Below are positions 60,211 through 64,000 of a stretch of 64,000 bases of DNA, one piece after another; position 1 is the stretch's first letter, and every line of letters begins with the position of its first letter. The notes under the pieces are model-generated. The model saw only the letters and a list, made by a program, of their open reading frames with translations, was not told the DNA's origin and did no database searches. This DNA is from Candidatus Iainarchaeum sp. (GTDB lineage Archaea; Iainarchaeota; Iainarchaeia; Iainarchaeales; JAAZKV01): contig JAAZKV010000018.1 in assembly GCA_012799645.1 (NCBI GenBank), positions 41,519 to 105,518 of the forward strand. The letters run 5' to 3'. Position numbers and translations under genes: made by a program.

Positions 60211-63200
60211 TTATTTAAAAATTTTGTAGTATATTCTCCAAAAATATTTGTCAATTCCTGCGGAGTGTATTCTTAGTGTTTTTTGTAGTTCGTTTGATAC
60301 TAGGTTTTGTTCAACTATTGCGAGTCGTTTTGTTAAACTCTCGATTTTTGTTTTGTATATTCTTGTTTCAACTAGTCCTTTGTTGAAGTATAATCCTTGT
60401 GTTTCTTTTATTGTTTCTAGTAATCCTTTTTTTTCTTGGCTTAATCTTGTTATTGGGGATTTGAATGTGAATGTGTTGTTCTTTTTGGTGGTGTAATTTA
60501 TTATGTCTTCTGATACTCTTGCTATTCTTTTTTCGAATTGGACTAGTGCATCGTAGTATTCTCCCATACTTATTTTGTTTTCTAGGAATGCTCTTTTTTG
60601 TAGATCTTGGATTAAATTTAGTAGTAGGTTGTTTTCTGAATTCAAATCTTTTAGTTTGTTTTTTATTAGTAGTAATTTTATTCCTGTGTAGAGTAAGTAT
60701 CCTGCTATGAGTAGTAGTATTGTCATTAGTATTAGCATATCTAGGTTTGCTAGTGCCCACACTAGTAGATTGAATTCTCCTTTTGTTTCCACACTGTAAG
60801 TTAGTTCTGCTTCTTTTAATCTTTCTAGTGCTACTGCATAATCTCCTCTTTTGAATGCGAGTTCGGCTAGTGCGAGTAATCTGTTTGTGTTTGGAGTGCT
60901 TATTCCTTGTCTTGTTGATATATTAACTAGGTTTGTTATTTTTTGTTGGGTTTCATTTGCTTTTATTGCTTGTTCGTAGATTTGTTTTGAGGTTAAATAG
61001 TTTTCTTTTACTTGATCGTATGCGTGTTTGTTGTATAGTGTTTGTGATTTGTTGAACAAATCATCAATACTTGATAATTTGTATCCTTTTGTTGTCATTG
61101 TTTGGACAAATTGGTCCATTTCTTCTAAATATTTTTTCGCGGTTTCTTTGTTCGTATCGTGGATTAGTAAATTTATTTGTCTTTCTTCTTTGAAACTTGT
61201 TCTTCTTTTGTAAGTGTCATAAAAATACCCTTCTATTGTGAATGTTAATTGGTATTCTCCAGGAGTAAAGTACTTTGGTGAGGTGATTTCTATTTCTGTA
61301 ACAAATTCTTGGTTCGAGTCAAGTTTTGCAATATTTGTGTCTTTTAGTTTTAAATAACTTGATATTATTCCTTCTACTTTTAGTCCTAAATCCTCCATTG
61401 AGTTGTTTAGTGGGTTTGTTACTTTTATTTTGAAACTTGAATCCTGTCCTCTTACTAGTTCAAAAAACTCGTTGGTTTGGAAAAACAAATTCTTTTGTTC
61501 AGGCGCAGTAAAAGGTAATCCACCCCCTCCTCCGCCACCACCAGAACCACTACCGCCACCACCAACTCCGCCCCCACTAGAACCACCACCAGAACCTCCA
61601 CCATCAATAATTATTGTTCCCCCTTTTGTTACTACTACAATATTTTTTGTATAGATTTGTGTTTTGTCAGGTAGTTCGCAACAATGAGCGGTTATTGTTA
61701 TTTGTTGTGTGCCTGTGTTTGCATCTTCTGGTATTTCAAATATTAATTCTCTTTCTATCCCCGGATCTGTGGGTGTTAAGTTGCCTAAAATATTTTCTGA
61801 TACTTCTCCGCTTTTTAGAACCCAATCTTCTGGATAGTTCCAATCTATTGTGATGGTGTTTGCATCTTCATTTCCTACATTAGTTAATCTTGCAATTATT
61901 GAAACATTTTTGTCTCCTTGTGTTACTATTATTGGGATTGTTGGGAACTCTAAAAGCATAAATGGTCCTGAGCTTAGTGATAAAATTGTTGCACTCACTT
62001 CGCCAAAAGTTGGATCGGCAGTTATTGTTGGACGAAGTGTTATTACTAAATCATCTCTTTTTTCGTTATTTTTTGTAACTAATCTTACTGCGTAATTTAT
62101 TGAAGAGTTTTTGTCAAGAATTAGTGATACTCCTGTTGTTGATTCTATTGATTCTACTGTTCCGTTGTTGTACCATATTTTTTCTTTGTCTTCCCAATTT
62201 GAACTTATTCTAAAAGAAATTGGTGCATCCCCTGTGTTTGTGATTGTGAATGTTCCTACATTTAGGTTTGTCGCTAGCGGAGTTGGTGGGAGTGTTCCGA
62301 AACTTGTTGGAGTTACTTCCCAAGTATAATCAACGAACACATTAATTGTGTTTGTTTCTGATGTTGTTAAGTAACCATAACTATCAGAAGTAGTAATGTA
62401 GTATTCGTAAATTCCACTATCGGGAGTGAGAGTGTAAGTGTATAAATAATTGTAATCAGTGTTGTTTGAATCTAGTGTCATTGGTTTAGGAACCCACTCT
62501 GACCAATTCGCATCCATTGTTTTTTTGGTTCTGTAAAATAATGAAACTGAATCAATTTGAGTGTATTCTCTTAACACTGTTTGGATTGTTACTGGAACAT
62601 TTGGGTCAAGATCAGCATCAGTGTTAGGCGAGTTTGTTAAACTATCAATTATTGGGCCTGAAACATCAGTTATTGTTGTTGTGTTATTGTCTGATACGGT
62701 GTTCATTGCAACATCTGATACATATGCGGTGCAAGTTAGTGTTCCTGCATTAACTTCGTCAGAAAGTAGAGTTACTAGTAGTGTTCCTGATTTTTCTCTT
62801 ATTGTGGTAACAAAATTTTTGTCAGTGTCTTTTGTGTCAGAAAAATTAACAACCACTTTTTCAACTAATATGTCATCACTAAATGTTACCGCGCAAGAAA
62901 TGTTTGAGTCATCATTGTGATCTGCTCCCAAAATTATTACTGATTGGATTTGTGGAGGGATAGGATCGTTACTTTGAACAGTGGATTGGAGAATGTTTAG
63001 TGGGTTTGTTAATGATTCAAATAAATTTGATACTGAATTAATAATGAATGTTGGATTAGTGAAACTATATGCAATGCTTGAAGAGAAAACATCTCCTGAA
63101 TTTATTTGCCCTGAATAACTTTGTCCATCAACTCTTATCTTTGATCCTGTTTGTGAAATATTTGTTGAATTTGATAGAGCTAAATTTCCTTGGTCTTTGT

Positions 63201-63999
63201 AAAAAAACGCGACAAATGAATCCAGTGTGTGTGGATCGTACACTCCAACAATGTTTGTGTCTGTTTGGGGTTGAGTAGGAAGAGTTGATAGTGAATTGGT
63301 TTGGTATAATCCGTTTTCGTTTGATACTTGTCGTGAAAATTGTGCTTTATCAAAAAGCATTATTGAGTTATTGTATTGATCTATTTCCAAGTTTCCTCTT
63401 GATGCAACATTTGTATCCACAATGAAGAAATCATTATTTGAGTAAAATGTGTATTTTTGGACAAAATCAAAAATTGATTGCGATCCGGTTATTGTTAATA
63501 CTGTTACTATTGGACCTGTAATGAGTGAAACTGCTGGAGAAGCTATTTGGTTCATTGAATAAGTTGATCCTAACAAATCTTGAATTCTTGGACCGAACAA
63601 TCCGTATGGAGAACTATTCAAATCGGTTGATGTCCCTATATTGCTTTGTATTTCTGTAACTAATCCTCCTTTGTTTGCTTCAACTAAAACATTGTAATCG
63701 CTTGTTGAAATTTTTATTTTGTTTGAATCATTTGTTAATGTAATGCTCGTATCGTAATTAGTGTTTCTGTCAAGAACAGAGTATCTTATTGAATAAATTT
63801 TGTTTTGGTCTTTTCCTATTGTTGAAAGGAATGCTAAATTTGCGCTTGTAATTAATCCTTCTCCTTGGTATCCGTACGCTTGTGAGGGGATTTCTTTGTA
63901 ATTAGTTCCGTTAAAATCAAGCACTCTTATTGAGTTTGGTTTTAGTGGGTATTCAAAATCTATTTTTTGATCTATTGGCCAAAACCATCTATCCACTGA
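60211..63999 (-). CDS. Giant surface protein with Ig/CARDB-like domains, Gly-Ser linker, TM and duplicated cytoplasmic module (5' truncated by window)
   Basis: Frame open to the window edge. NTGD/NVGN CARDB-like motifs, poly-Gly linker, TM near the C-terminus. Confidence 0.75.
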   Translation of the reverse strand, partial: SVDRWFWPIDQKIDFEYPLKPNSIRVLDFNGTNYKEIPSQAYGYQGEGLITSANLAFLSTIGKDQNKIYSIRYSVLDRNTNYDTSITLTNDSNKIKISTSDYNVLVEANKGGLVTEIQSNIGTSTDLNSSPYGLFGPRIQDLLGSTYSMNQIASPAVSLITGPIVTVLTITGSQSIFDFVQKYTFYSNNDFFIVDTNVASRGNLEIDQYNNSIMLFDKAQFSRQVSNENGLYQTNSLSTLPTQPQTDTNIVGVYDPHTLDSFVAFFYKDQGNLALSNSTNISQTGSKIRVDGQSYSGQINSGDVFSSSIAYSFTNPTFIINSVSNLFESLTNPLNILQSTVQSNDPIPPQIQSVIILGADHNDDSNISCAVTFSDDILVEKVVVNFSDTKDTDKNFVTTIREKSGTLLVTLLSDEVNAGTLTCTAYVSDVAMNTVSDNNTTTITDVSGPIIDSLTNSPNTDADLDPNVPVTIQTVLREYTQIDSVSLFYRTKKTMDANWSEWVPKPMTLDSNNTDYNYLYTYTLTPDSGIYEYYITTSDSYGYLTTSETNTINVFVDYTWEVTPTSFGTLPPTPLATNLNVGTFTITNTGDAPISFRISSNWEDKEKIWYNNGTVESIESTTGVSLILDKNSSINYAVRLVTKNNEKRDDLVITLRPTITADPTFGEVSATILSLSSGPFMLLEFPTIPIIVTQGDKNVSIIARLTNVGNEDANTITIDWNYPEDWVLKSGEVSENILGNLTPTDPGIERELIFEIPEDANTGTQQITITAHCCELPDKTQIYTKNIVVVTKGGTIIIDGGGSGGGSSGGGVGGGGSGSGGGGGGGGLPFTAPEQKNLFFQTNEFFELVRGQDSSFKIKVTNPLNNSMEDLGLKVEGIISSYLKLKDTNIAKLDSNQEFVTEIEITSPKYFTPGEYQLTFTIEGYFYDTYKRRTSFKEERQINLLIHDTNKETAKKYLEEMDQFVQTMTTKGYKLSSIDDLFNKSQTLYNKHAYDQVKENYLTSKQIYEQAIKANETQQKITNLVNISTRQGISTPNTNRLLALAELAFKRGDYAVALERLKEAELTYSVETKGEFNLLVWALANLDMLILMTILLLIAGYLLYTGIKLLLIKNKLKDLNSENNLLLNLIQDLQKRAFLENKISMGEYYDALVQFEKRIARVSEDIINYTTKKNNTFTFKSPITRLSQEKKGLLETIKETQGLYFNKGLVETRIYKTKIESLTKRLAIVEQNLVSNELQKTLRIHSAGIDKYFWRIYYKIFK

Positions 64000-64000
64000 A

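Noticed and set aside
61520-61605. GC-rich CCA/CCG repeat as an RNA gene or repeat element
   Set aside because: It encodes the in-frame Gly/Ser linker of the giant surface protein.
1-64000. tRNA, rRNA, transposase, integrase or provirus
   Set aside because: No cloverleaf or rRNA-like GC-rich tract and no mobile-element protein motifs were recognised by eye. tRNAscan-SE and Infernal would be needed to exclude them formally.

Overview
AT-rich archaeal chromosomal segment. PolD (DP1/DP2), Cdc6/Orc1, eS1/uS15, Bud32, CarS, archaeal DtdA and GGTGA Shine-Dalgarno sites are all present. The divergent housekeeping proteins and giant Cys-containing surface proteins suggest a DPANN lineage such as Iainarchaeota/Diapherotrites (inference only). 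From left to right the window holds: three large surface proteins; sepF/cdc6/polD; nog1; secFD; a DUF92-carS-archaeosortase trio; ribosomal proteins; grpE-dnaK-dnaJ with a divergent wHTH regulator; ADP-forming acetyl-CoA synthetase; dusB; dtdA. A ~20 kb co-oriented minus-strand supercluster follows, covering pyruvate to polyprenyl-PP: porGDAB, thiolase/DUF35/HMG-CoA synthase, class II HMG-CoA reductase, mevalonate kinase, AcnX-type phosphomevalonate dehydratase, UbiD/UbiX decarboxylase, IP kinase, IDI-2, a prenyl-PP synthase, a SudA/NfnB-like flavoprotein and a DedA-like protein. Small basic proteins sharing an MS(V)RY...RKP N-terminus are embedded in it. The right end is a KaiC-like ATPase with two membrane proteins that share a cytoplasmic module. 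Three small ORFs missing from the ORF track were read by hand. No tRNA, rRNA, CRISPR or mobile element was recognised. Family calls rest on motif recognition by eye, without database searches.
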